From an uncultured Acidobacteriaceae bacterium (GTDB lineage Bacteria > Acidobacteriota > Terriglobia > Terriglobales > Acidobacteriaceae), in the NCBI GenBank assembly GCA_963790505.1, contig CAWBOT010000004.1, positions 1,132,225 through 1,196,224 of the forward strand: 64,000 nt of DNA. Direction: 5' to 3'. Made by a program: the position numbers and the translations under genes. Shown here piece by piece: positions 9,449-17,044 of this stretch (within the stretch, counting starts at the first letter, position 1; every line of letters begins with the position of its first letter). The notes below the pieces were generated by a model. The model had not been told where the DNA came from. It was given only the letters and a program-made list of their open reading frames with translations, and made no database searches.

Positions 9449-10441
9449 CTAAAACCTCTCCCCGACCATCTCTTCGCTCTTCTTCCACAGCGCTTCGGCG
9501 TTCTTCGGGTCGAGCGCATACCCGCGGACACCCTCGCTGATCGCGCTAATGATCACATCGTCGGCCACGATCTTCCCAACGTGACAGTTCTCGCAGTATT
9601 TGCCGCCGATCTCCTCGGCCGGAGCAACCACCCCCGCCCACACCGACGTCGCCGCGCCCTGCGGAATCGTCTTCCACTCGAACGGCGCCTTGCCCTCGGC
9701 GGCCAGCTGTTGGTTCATCTGCTCGATCATCTTCGGGAACATCGCCGGATCGAGGTGCCTGCCCAACTCGGTCATAATGCCACCGGGATGGACCGCCGCC
9801 GCCCGCACTCCGCGCGCCTTATGCCGTGCATCGAAGGCCACCGCAAACAGAATGTTAGCCGTCTTCGATTGCCCGTAGCTCACAAACGGCTCGTACGGCC
9901 TCTTCTCAAAGTTCGGGTCATCAAGGACGACATTCGAGAATCGATGTCCCGAAGACGCCAGGTTGATCAGCCGGCCGCCCTCCCGCAGCAGCGGCGCGAT
10001 CTTGTTCACCAGCACGAAGTGGCCCAGGTGGTTCGTCCCAAACTGCGTCTCGAAACCATCCACCGTGTGCCCAAAAGGCGTCGCCATCACGCCCGCGTTA
10101 GCAATAATCACGTCGAACGCATCGCCTCTCGCCAGCAGCGCCTCGGCGCACGCTCGCACACTCTTCAGGCTGCCCAGGTCGAGGGCAACCAGCTCGAAGC
10201 TGCCCCCGTTCGCCGCCGCGGCTTTGCGCACCTCCGCTGTCGCCTTCTCTGCCTTTGCAAGATCTCTCGCCGCTCCCACAACATGTGCACCGTGCGCCAC
10301 CAGCGCCCGCGCCGTCTCGACCCCGATCCCCGCCGAAACTCCGGTCACGAGAATCCGTTTGCCATGCAAGTCCACGCCGTCCAGCACTTCTTCTGTCGTC
10401 GAAGTCGCGCCAAATTGCTGTGCCACCAATTGCTGTGCCAT
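9449..10441 (-). CDS. short-chain dehydrogenase/reductase (SDR) family oxidoreductase
   Basis: TGVSAGIGVETARAL (TGxxxGxG) and YGQSKTAN (YxxxK). Start chosen at MAQQLV because AGGAGA lies 5 nt upstream. The longer listed ORF runs through the divergent promoter region. Confidence 0.85.
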   Translation of the reverse strand: MAQQLVAQQFGATSTTEEVLDGVDLHGKRILVTGVSAGIGVETARALVAHGAHVVGAARDLAKAEKATAEVRKAAAANGGSFELVALDLGSLKSVRACAEALLARGDAFDVIIANAGVMATPFGHTVDGFETQFGTNHLGHFVLVNKIAPLLREGGRLINLASSGHRFSNVVLDDPNFEKRPYEPFVSYGQSKTANILFAVAFDARHKARGVRAAAVHPGGIMTELGRHLDPAMFPKMIEQMNQQLAAEGKAPFEWKTIPQGAATSVWAGVVAPAEEIGGKYCENCHVGKIVADDVIISAISEGVRGYALDPKNAEALWKKSEEMVGERF

Positions 10442-10571
10442 CTTTATCTCCTGGTGTACGTCTGTTGCCGTAGCCATATCGCTGATTTCCCCGTCCTGCG
10501 GACCGCGGGAAGAATTGAAGAACGAAGAGGGTCTCCTGAGAAAAGAGACGTCCTCTCCGTTATCATGAGAT

Positions 10572-10592
10572 AACCGGAGACACTCTCCGGTT
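10572..10592. promoter_or_regulatory. perfect 21-bp palindrome, candidate TetR operator
   Basis: AACCGGAGA-cac-TCTCCGGTT lies in the divergent SDR/TetR intergenic region. Confidence 0.5.
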
Positions 10593-10625
10593 GCAATATT
10601 TATTCCGGATTCGAAAATCCCCGCC

Positions 10626-11204
10626 ATGAAGGCTGCCGCTTCAAAACCCGCCGCCAGAAAGCCCCGCTCCGACGGCCAGCGCAACCGCGAGCTGCTCCTC
10701 GAGGCAGCCAGGCAGGCCTTTACCGAATCCGGCGCCAATGTCAGCCTCGACGAAGTCGCCCGTCGCGCCGGCGTCGGTCCCGGCACCCTCTACCGCCATT
10801 TCCCCACCCGCGACGCCCTGCTTGAGTCGGTTTATCGCACCGAGGTCGGGAAGCTCGCCGCCGCCCAGCGCACCTTCTCTGAGACCATGCCCCCAGTCGA
10901 TGCGCTTCGCGCCTGGATGCGCCTCTTCGTGGACTACATCGCTGCCAAGCAGATCATTGCTCCGGCGCTCAACACCATGGTCGGCGGTCCCTCCCGTGTC
11001 TTTGAGTCCACCGGAGAACTCATCAAAGCCGCCGTCGGCGCTCTCGTCAATCGCGCCATCGAAAACGGCGACGTCCGCCCCGACATCGATCCCCTCGACC
11101 TGCTGCGTGCCCTCGTCGGAGTCTCCTACGTCGCCTCGATGCCCGACTGGCCGGCCAGCGCCAAACGCCTCGTCGACATCCTCATCGCCGGCTCCCGGCC
11201 TTAA
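10626..11204 (+). CDS. TetR/AcrR-family transcriptional regulator
   Basis: N-terminal HTH region RELLLEAARQAFTESGANVSLDEVARRAGVGPGTLYRHFPTRDALL. Confidence 0.9.
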   Translation: MKAAASKPAARKPRSDGQRNRELLLEAARQAFTESGANVSLDEVARRAGVGPGTLYRHFPTRDALLESVYRTEVGKLAAAQRTFSETMPPVDALRAWMRLFVDYIAAKQIIAPALNTMVGGPSRVFESTGELIKAAVGALVNRAIENGDVRPDIDPLDLLRALVGVSYVASMPDWPASAKRLVDILIAGSRP

Positions 11205-11272
11205 CTCCTCTGTGTTCTCAGTGTCCTCTGTGATGAAATCTTGGCTGCGCGGTTCGAGCCACGACAAACCAC

Positions 11273-11335
11273 GGTGCCCCATTAGGGACAATTGTCATCC
11301 CGAGCGGAGCGCGTAGCGCGAAGTCGAAGGATCTG
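11273..11335 (+). repeat. composite of a GGTGCCCCAT head plus a TGTCAT...ATCTG repeat
   Basis: ggtgccccattaggg (11273-) is followed by tgtcatcccgagcggagcgcgtagcgcgaagtcgaaggatctg (11293-11335). Confidence 0.6.
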
Positions 11336-11420
11336 TAGTTAGCGACGGCACAATCACGAAAGTCAACGGCCGCCTCCAGTCGCGATCTCTGGCTGTCGGG
11401 TTACACTGTATCCACTCACC

Positions 11421-11633
11421 TCAACCCCGCTGCACCTTCAGCCGCGCGTATCGGTACGAGAGTCTGCCCCGGAAGATCTCCTGCGGAAGATACCGTCGCG
11501 TCTCGAGGCAGAACGGGCACGTTTCGACAACCCAATCGTCCGGCATCGTCTGAATGCGCGCTGCAATGTTCTCTTCGCAACCCTTGCACGCGACCACGAA
11601 GTCGTGAAACACCGCACTCGGCCCCTGAAACAT
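11421..11633 (-). CDS. small CxxC...CxxC zinc-ribbon-like hypothetical protein
   Basis: MFQGPSAVFHDFVVACKGCEEN...ETCPFCLETRRY. The start is uncertain: the ORF is open to 11708, and the extra N-terminus overlaps a repeat-like stretch. Confidence 0.35.
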   Translation of the reverse strand: MFQGPSAVFHDFVVACKGCEENIAARIQTMPDDWVVETCPFCLETRRYLPQEIFRGRLSYRYARLKVQRG

Positions 11634-11736
11634 GAAATCAGTATAGGCGAACAAAAAGAGAATATCTTGTGGATTTCGGCAACCGCGTGATGCCCCAATT
11701 CGCGCCAATTCCCCTTAACTCGCACACTCCAAGCGA

Positions 11737-11744
11737 GATAATAA
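11737..11744. repeat. left target-site duplication GATAATAA
   Basis: Identical 8-mer at 14121-14128, in each case immediately outside the inverted repeat. Confidence 0.8.
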
Positions 11745-11793
11745 GGTAATAATATATTTGACTTACCCAAGCAATTCGGGTAGTCTTGGATTC

Positions 11794-12768
11794 ATGGAAA
11801 GCCCAAAGACACTACTCGAAGCGATTCAATACTTTAGCGATGAACAGGTATGCATTGAAGAGGTTGCTGCAATGCGTTGGCCCAATGGCGTGGTCTGCGC
11901 CGCTTGCGGTGCTGACAAACCCTACTACCTAAAGACTGCGAAGCGTTGGAAGTGCAAGGCTTGCCGGGGCCAGTTCTCTGTCAAGGTGAACTCGATCTTC
12001 GAGGATTCCCCCATCTCTCTGACCAAATGGCTACCTGCTCTTTGGCTGTTGGTGAACTGCAAGAATGGCGTGTCCAGCTATGAGATTTCCCGCGATCTGG
12101 GCATCACTCAGAAGTCAGCGTGGTTCGTTCTTCATCGTCTGCGGTTGGCTCTGAGAGCGCGTGACTTCAGCTACAAGCTAGGCAGCGAGGGTGGCTGTAG
12201 ATGATCAAGAGGTTGTACCTACATCGGCGGGAAGATCAAGGACATGCACGCTTCCAAGCTGAAAGCCAAGAAGTTTGGCAAAACAGGTTGGCAGGGCGGA
12301 CGCGGTAAGGCAGTCGTGATGGGGATGCTAGAGCGTGGTGGGGAAGTCAGAGCGCAAGTCATCGATCAGCGCATAAAGAAACACATCACTTCAGTAATCT
12401 CAGCCAACGTAGCGGACGGGTCGCACGTCATCACCGATGAAGCCAGCGTCTACATGGACATGCACAAGACCTACATCCATGAGGCTATCAATCATATGGA
12501 AGGGTATGTCCGTGAGCACGTCCACACCAACGGCATCGAGAACTTCTGGTCACTGCTCAAGCGTGGATTGAATGGAACCTACGTGAACGTAGAGCCATAC
12601 CACCTACAGGCGTATGTGGAAGAGCAGGTCTTCCGCTTCAACAATCGTGCGACCAAAGACAATCCTTTGGACGATGCAGACCGCTTCCTGCTGGCTCTGT
12701 CGCAGATCGCCAATCGTCGTCTGACCTATGCCGAACTCACTGGCAAGGTGGCAGAAACGCAAGCCTAA
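11794..12768 (+). pseudogene. IS1595-family (ISXO2-like DDE) transposase interrupted by an in-frame TGA
   Basis: N-terminal zinc ribbon (CAACGADKPYYLK...WKCKACRGQFS) in ORF 11758..12204, and DDE domain (TYIGGK...HTNGIENFWSLLKRG) in ORF 12244..12768. Both are in the same frame, separated by TGA at 12202-12204. The first-Asp motif region reads GGCR*SRGC. Confidence 0.8.
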
Positions 12769-12953
12769 TCGTTGGGTGCGGAAGCGTGGCCCGAAGCCGA
12801 AGTCTTAGCTTTGGGGCCGCGTTTCTGGCGCGTCTCAGCTATCGCTTTGGGATCATTCAGAAGAGCCGTTAGCTCTGTCTTGGTGACTGTCATTACCGAG
12901 CGCAGAGCATCGTTGAAGCGTGCCATCTCTGGCGTATCAGGCTGCATCTTCAT
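12765..12953 (-). CDS. IS cargo ORF 1, small basic-tailed hypothetical protein
   Basis: MKMQPDTPEMARFNDALRSVMTVTKTELTALL...KRGPKAKTSASG. It is convergent with the transposase and overlaps its stop by 4 nt. Confidence 0.4.
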   Translation of the reverse strand: MKMQPDTPEMARFNDALRSVMTVTKTELTALLNDPKAIAETRQKRGPKAKTSASGHASAPND

Positions 12954-12997
12954 GGGTACGATGATACGCTTGTTTGTATCCGCGAGGGACAAAGCAA

Positions 12998-13468
12998 ATG
13001 GCTGTCGTGTCAGCGTATGCGCTGGTTTGCCAACAAGTACTGAATGAGGTTGACGGCGTTCCGAGTGCGATCCGCATCGTCGAGGTATTCTTTCTCCCGT
13101 CTGATCCAGCCACGGTTGAGCCACCTTTCCCACCGCTGCCCATGTGTCTCTTTATAAACGTTCGCTTTACCGGGGATGACAACGATCCGCATTCGTTGTT
13201 CTTTACCCTGGTTCGTCCGGACGGTAGCTCTAAGACGATACCAATCGACGAAAATCGTGTGGCAGCGAGTAAGTATAAGGAAACCGACAAGAGCATTATG
13301 GCAATTGGGAGAATCGGAGTCGAGCCTAAGGAACTTGGTCAACACAACATATTGGTACATGTTGACGGCCAAGAGGTAGCGAAGGCGTTCTTTACACTGA
13401 TTGAAGATCGAACTTTATTTGAGGGACAGCTCCAAGCAAAATCAGTGGTGGAGGAGCGCCCGCTATAA
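12998..13468 (+). CDS. IS cargo ORF 2, hypothetical beta-rich protein (pattern reminiscent of DUF6941-type proteins)
   Basis: MAVVSAYALVCQQVLNEVDGVPSAIRIVEVFF...LVRPDGSS...ILVHVDGQEVAKAFFTLIE. The family assignment is from memory of the sequence pattern only. Confidence 0.45.
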   Translation: MAVVSAYALVCQQVLNEVDGVPSAIRIVEVFFLPSDPATVEPPFPPLPMCLFINVRFTGDDNDPHSLFFTLVRPDGSSKTIPIDENRVAASKYKETDKSIMAIGRIGVEPKELGQHNILVHVDGQEVAKAFFTLIEDRTLFEGQLQAKSVVEERPL

Positions 13469-13721
13469 ATTGCCACGCCTTGGGAACGGGCCTAAATTCT
13501 TCGATCTCCAAAGCCAGTCTATGTCGAAGCGATTCCAGTGGCCAATTCCCGCTAGATGCTTCGGCAAGAATTCTTTGAATTTTGAAAGCAAACTGAACGA
13601 TGTTCCCTGAATACTTTCGGTCGATGTCTCGGGATAGTGGATAAAACCACTCGGAGAACTGACGGCGGCTCCAAACTCCGTTAACAAATAGATCGAGATT
13701 TGAAATCAATTCATTGAACAT
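13392..13721 (-). CDS. IS cargo ORF 3, hypothetical protein
   Basis: 109-aa ORF (MFNELISNLDLFVNGVWSRRQFSEWFYPL...). Its 3' end overlaps cargo ORF 2 by 77 nt, and its ATG shares the CATG at 13719-13722 with cargo ORF 4. Confidence 0.35.
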   Translation of the reverse strand: MFNELISNLDLFVNGVWSRRQFSEWFYPLSRDIDRKYSGNIVQFAFKIQRILAEASSGNWPLESLRHRLALEIEEFRPVPKAWQFIAGAPPPLILLGAVPQIKFDLQSV

Positions 13722-14016
13722 GTCTGAACCTCATCAGAAGTACGTGGAGTGTCATGAGCTGCAAGACATTTGCCGTAAGTGCGACTGCTTGTCTTGGATG
13801 ACGATGTATCGTCACGTTCTGCTCGATGAAGGCTCCGCGAGCTTTGAATCCCAACAAGTCTTTGGGACGGTCAGTCAAATAATACGCTACGAAAACGATA
13901 GCGGTCAGCCCGTCCTACTACTGCATCAATTTAAGAGACCAGACCACAGCCTCGGCGGATCTGGCAAGCCCGATCCCAAAATGATTCTCTATGACGGAAT
14001 CGAGTACTTCTGTTAG
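13720..14016 (+). CDS. IS cargo ORF 4, Cys-rich hypothetical protein
   Basis: MSEPHQKYVECHELQDICRKCDCLSW...HQFKRPDHSLGGSGKPDPKMILYDGIEYFC. It ends 79 nt before the right inverted repeat. Confidence 0.4.
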   Translation: MSEPHQKYVECHELQDICRKCDCLSWMTMYRHVLLDEGSASFESQQVFGTVSQIIRYENDSGQPVLLLHQFKRPDHSLGGSGKPDPKMILYDGIEYFC

Positions 14017-14120
14017 ATGATCGGCAAATACCCAATGGCGCATCAATATAAAACGCGCTGCCCTGTCACGGTAAATCGAGATTATTTCACCGTGTTGGGT
14101 AACGCAAATATATTATTGCC

Positions 14121-14128
14121 GATAATAA
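14121..14128. repeat. right target-site duplication GATAATAA
   Basis: Identical to 11737-11744. Confidence 0.8.
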
Positions 14129-14494
14129 TCTTCAGAAGTTGGCATAGTGAATGGGGTCAGCTTGGTAGAATAAAAATAGGGATCAAGGAAAGTGAGCGCA
14201 CGCGCCTGCCGGGTGGCCTCCGGTCTCACCCGAAAACTCACCGGAAAGAAGGATTTCGCGGCTAACTCCTTTGCTTTGCGAGAGCAGAGATTGGAATCAG
14301 CTCCCTAAATCTCTCCGATTGTTGGATTTACAAGGAGAGTCCAGGGGAAGGGGTTTTCGGGGCAGCTCGGCTGTCGCTGAGATAGAGAGATCTCCCAGAA
14401 ACGACTTGGAATCAAGTTCATACCCGTAACCGCTTTGTTTTGAATAGTTTCGGCTCAATCGTGCCAAGCGGTTGAAAATAAAAGGTTTAGTCGA

Positions 14495-14504
14495 GGGGGG
14501 GGGG
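14495..14504. repeat. G10 homopolymer 30 nt upstream of mnmA
   Basis: tcgaggggggggggtaccc, read directly from the sequence. Confidence 0.9.
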
Positions 14505-14533
14505 TACCCACCTTCCAGAGTAGTTGGAAAAAA

Positions 14534-15652
14534 ATGCCGTCCGCACTCAACAACACGATCGCCGTAGCCATGTCCGGAGGAGTCGACTCCTCGACCGTCG
14601 CCGCCATGCTCAAGCGAGAGAGCTACGAGCTCGTCGGCCTCACCATGCAGCTCTGGAACCAGCGCCGCCTCGCCGGCAAAGAAGGCATGCCCGAGGAGAC
14701 GCGCGGCCGCTGCTGCTCGATCGACGATGTCTACGACGCCCGCCGCGTCGCCGAAGACCTCGACATTCCCTACTACGTCGTCAATCATCAGGAGCGCTTC
14801 GAGCGCGACGTCGTCCGCCCCTTCGTCAAGGAGTATCTCGCCGGACGAACGCCCATCCCCTGCTCCCTCTGCAACGACCACCTGAAGTTCGACCAGCTGC
14901 TCACCACCGCGCGCCAGATCGGCGCCGACCGCATCGCCACCGGCCACTACGCCCGCAACGAGTACGACCCCGAGCGCGGCCGCTGGATCCTCAAGCGCCC
15001 TGCCGACACCTCGAAAGACCAGACCTACTTCCTCTTCGGCCTCACTCAGGACCAGCTCTCGCGCACCCTCTTCCCGCTAGGCGGCTATACCAAGCCGCGC
15101 GTCCGCGAGATGGCAGCAGAGTTCGGCGTGGCCTCCGCCAACAAGCCCGACTCGCAGGAGATCTGCTTCATCCCCGGCGGCGACTATAAGAAGTTCATCG
15201 ATGCCTATCTCGAAGAGCAGGGCGAAGCGATGCCCGACTCCTCCGGAGAGCTCGTAACCACAACCGGGGAGGTCATCGGTCACCACGCCGGCGTCCATAA
15301 CTTTACCGTTGGCCAGCGCAAAGGACTCGGTGTCGAGTCGCCCACCGCGCTCTATGTGATTCAGATTGCTACAGAAGGAAATCAGGTCAAGGTCGGCAGC
15401 GAGAACGAGTTGCTGCAGTCCACCATGCGCGCCCGCCGCCTCAACTGGATATCAATTCCAAAGCTGCAGGGCGACATGCGCGTCAAGATCAAGATCCGCC
15501 ATCGTCACGAGCCTGCGTGGGCAACAATTGAGATGTCTGGGGAAGACGAGATGTCAGCAGTCTTCGACGACCCGCAGCGCGCCGTAACTCCCGGCCAGGC
15601 TGCTGTCTTTTACGATGAAGACGAAGTCGTAGGCGGCGGCTGGATCGCCTAA
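14534..15652 (+). CDS. mnmA: tRNA 2-thiouridine(34) synthase
   Basis: PP-loop AVAMSGGVDSS. Conserved CCSIDD and TGHYAR regions. Length of 372 aa fits the family. Confidence 0.9.
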   Translation: MPSALNNTIAVAMSGGVDSSTVAAMLKRESYELVGLTMQLWNQRRLAGKEGMPEETRGRCCSIDDVYDARRVAEDLDIPYYVVNHQERFERDVVRPFVKEYLAGRTPIPCSLCNDHLKFDQLLTTARQIGADRIATGHYARNEYDPERGRWILKRPADTSKDQTYFLFGLTQDQLSRTLFPLGGYTKPRVREMAAEFGVASANKPDSQEICFIPGGDYKKFIDAYLEEQGEAMPDSSGELVTTTGEVIGHHAGVHNFTVGQRKGLGVESPTALYVIQIATEGNQVKVGSENELLQSTMRARRLNWISIPKLQGDMRVKIKIRHRHEPAWATIEMSGEDEMSAVFDDPQRAVTPGQAAVFYDEDEVVGGGWIA

Positions 15653-15721
15653 TATATGTGAAGATTGCCCTCTCGTCCGCAAGAGCGCAGGGGAGAGATC
15701 TAGAGATCTACGGCTGCTTTC

Positions 15722-16336
15722 CTAAATGCCGCTGCTGTTCGTAACAACCACTTCCTCAACAACCACCACGACTGGCGTTTCTTCGACGACAGGCACGTCT
15801 CTCTTACTGTAAACCGTGCCTGTCGGATAGGTCTCTCCGCGCGCAGACTTGCTAACGAAGGTCTCTACCGCCGCCTTCAGGCCATTGAATATCCCATAGA
15901 TGTGTCGCATCGGGACTTCGATGCCTTGCTGAATTGTCGCGCTGGCATGAGAGATCCCATCCAGCGTCCCGCTGACCATCTCGTCGACGCGCGCGGTCTG
16001 CGCCCGCGTCTTTTCGAGCACTTCGTCCACCGAAACCTTGATCGTCTGCGACTCGTGCTTGAACGTCTCGCTCACTTCTGCAAGGTTTGCCGTGATCGTC
16101 TTGAGCTTCGGACTCAACTCTTCTAGGGTCGTCTTGGTAGACGCCATCAAGGGCAGCGCCTGCTCGGTTACCTGTTTGAGAGCGGCTTCAAGCTTAGACC
16201 CAAGTTTCAAGAAGGCAATAAGAAGGCCCAGCAGCACGCCGGCCTGAAGGAGAACCCCTACCGCAGTCGCAGCGGCGAAGACATCGAAAGCATACGGCGA
16301 AGTTCCCACGTTCATAAAATCATTCTCCTCAAACAC
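15722..16336 (-). CDS. DUF948-like membrane-anchored coiled-coil stress protein
   Basis: One N-terminal TM helix, then long helical repeats (LEELSPKLKTITANLAEVSETFKHE...). It lies next to a YtxH-like gene. Confidence 0.55.
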   Translation of the reverse strand: MFEENDFMNVGTSPYAFDVFAAATAVGVLLQAGVLLGLLIAFLKLGSKLEAALKQVTEQALPLMASTKTTLEELSPKLKTITANLAEVSETFKHESQTIKVSVDEVLEKTRAQTARVDEMVSGTLDGISHASATIQQGIEVPMRHIYGIFNGLKAAVETFVSKSARGETYPTGTVYSKRDVPVVEETPVVVVVEEVVVTNSSGI

Positions 16337-16442
16337 ACATCGTGTCCGGGTCTAGAGAGAGAAGCTGCGCGGACTGGCCTCCGTCAACTTTCCGAAAGCC
16401 AAACCGCGCTGACTCTTTGATACCCGGAAAGGGTGAGACCCC

Positions 16443-16847
16443 TTATTCCACGACGCCGTTCGTCACGACTGGCTCGGTTGCAGTCGCTTCATAGGCACTC
16501 TTGCCGGCATCGACCGCCGCAGCGACCTTTTCCTTCTGCTGCTGGACGAAGCCCTTTCCCTGATAGACGGCCTGCTGCACTTGCGCCTTACCGCGGTCGA
16601 TGTAATCCTTCCCCTGCTCGACATAGTCGTTGACTTGGCTCTTCCCGCGCTCCACCAGCACCGCGGCCTGGTCAGCGGTCTCACGCGCGCGTTGTTTGAG
16701 ATATTCAGCTCCCTCGCGGGCGTTGCTGACTACGTCTTCACGCGTCTCGCGCCCCGCCTTTGGTGCATACAGCACGCCCAAAAGCGCACCAAGCCCAAGT
16801 CCTGCTACAAACCAGCTGAATCCGCCACCCTGCTTTTCTTCTGTCAT
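16443..16847 (-). CDS. YtxH-domain protein
   Basis: GLGLGALLGVLYAPKAGRETREDV followed by a charged helical tail. Confidence 0.75.
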   Translation of the reverse strand: MTEEKQGGGFSWFVAGLGLGALLGVLYAPKAGRETREDVVSNAREGAEYLKQRARETADQAAVLVERGKSQVNDYVEQGKDYIDRGKAQVQQAVYQGKGFVQQQKEKVAAAVDAGKSAYEATATEPVVTNGVVE

Positions 16848-17044
16848 GAGAACACTCCTTCATCTCCGAAACGTTCCGGAATCCGAGCCAACGGAAGTTT
16901 CCGGTGCAAGATCAATACGAGTATATAGATGCTTGCGCCTGCCTAGTCGCCGCCCGTGGGACCGGAAATCAAGTCTATCCGATTCGTGGGCTGAATTTTA
17001 AGCGAGAATGTCACTATCGGAATCGAATCGAGGTCGCCATCCTG

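Larger units (their letters stand above)
11745..14120 (+). mobile_element. IS1595-family insertion sequence (2376 bp) with four passenger ORFs
   Basis: IRL is ggtaataatatatttgacttacccaa (11745-11770). The reverse complement of IRR is ggcaataatatatttgcgttacccaa (14095-14120), matching at 23 of 26 positions. Perfect 8-bp direct repeats flank the element. It encodes a Zn-ribbon + ISXO2-like DDE transposase and is visibly more A/T-rich than its flanks. Confidence 0.85.

Noticed and set aside
12202-12204. In-frame TGA in the transposase as selenocysteine or programmed readthrough
   Set aside because: The peptide on both sides of the stop (GGCR*SRGC) replaces the conserved catalytic-Asp motif rather than preserving it. 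No SECIS-like hairpin is evident, and two indels explain it better.
14017-14265. 82-aa ORF running across the right end of the IS
   Set aside because: It crosses the inverted repeat and target duplication, and it has no coding-like codon bias.
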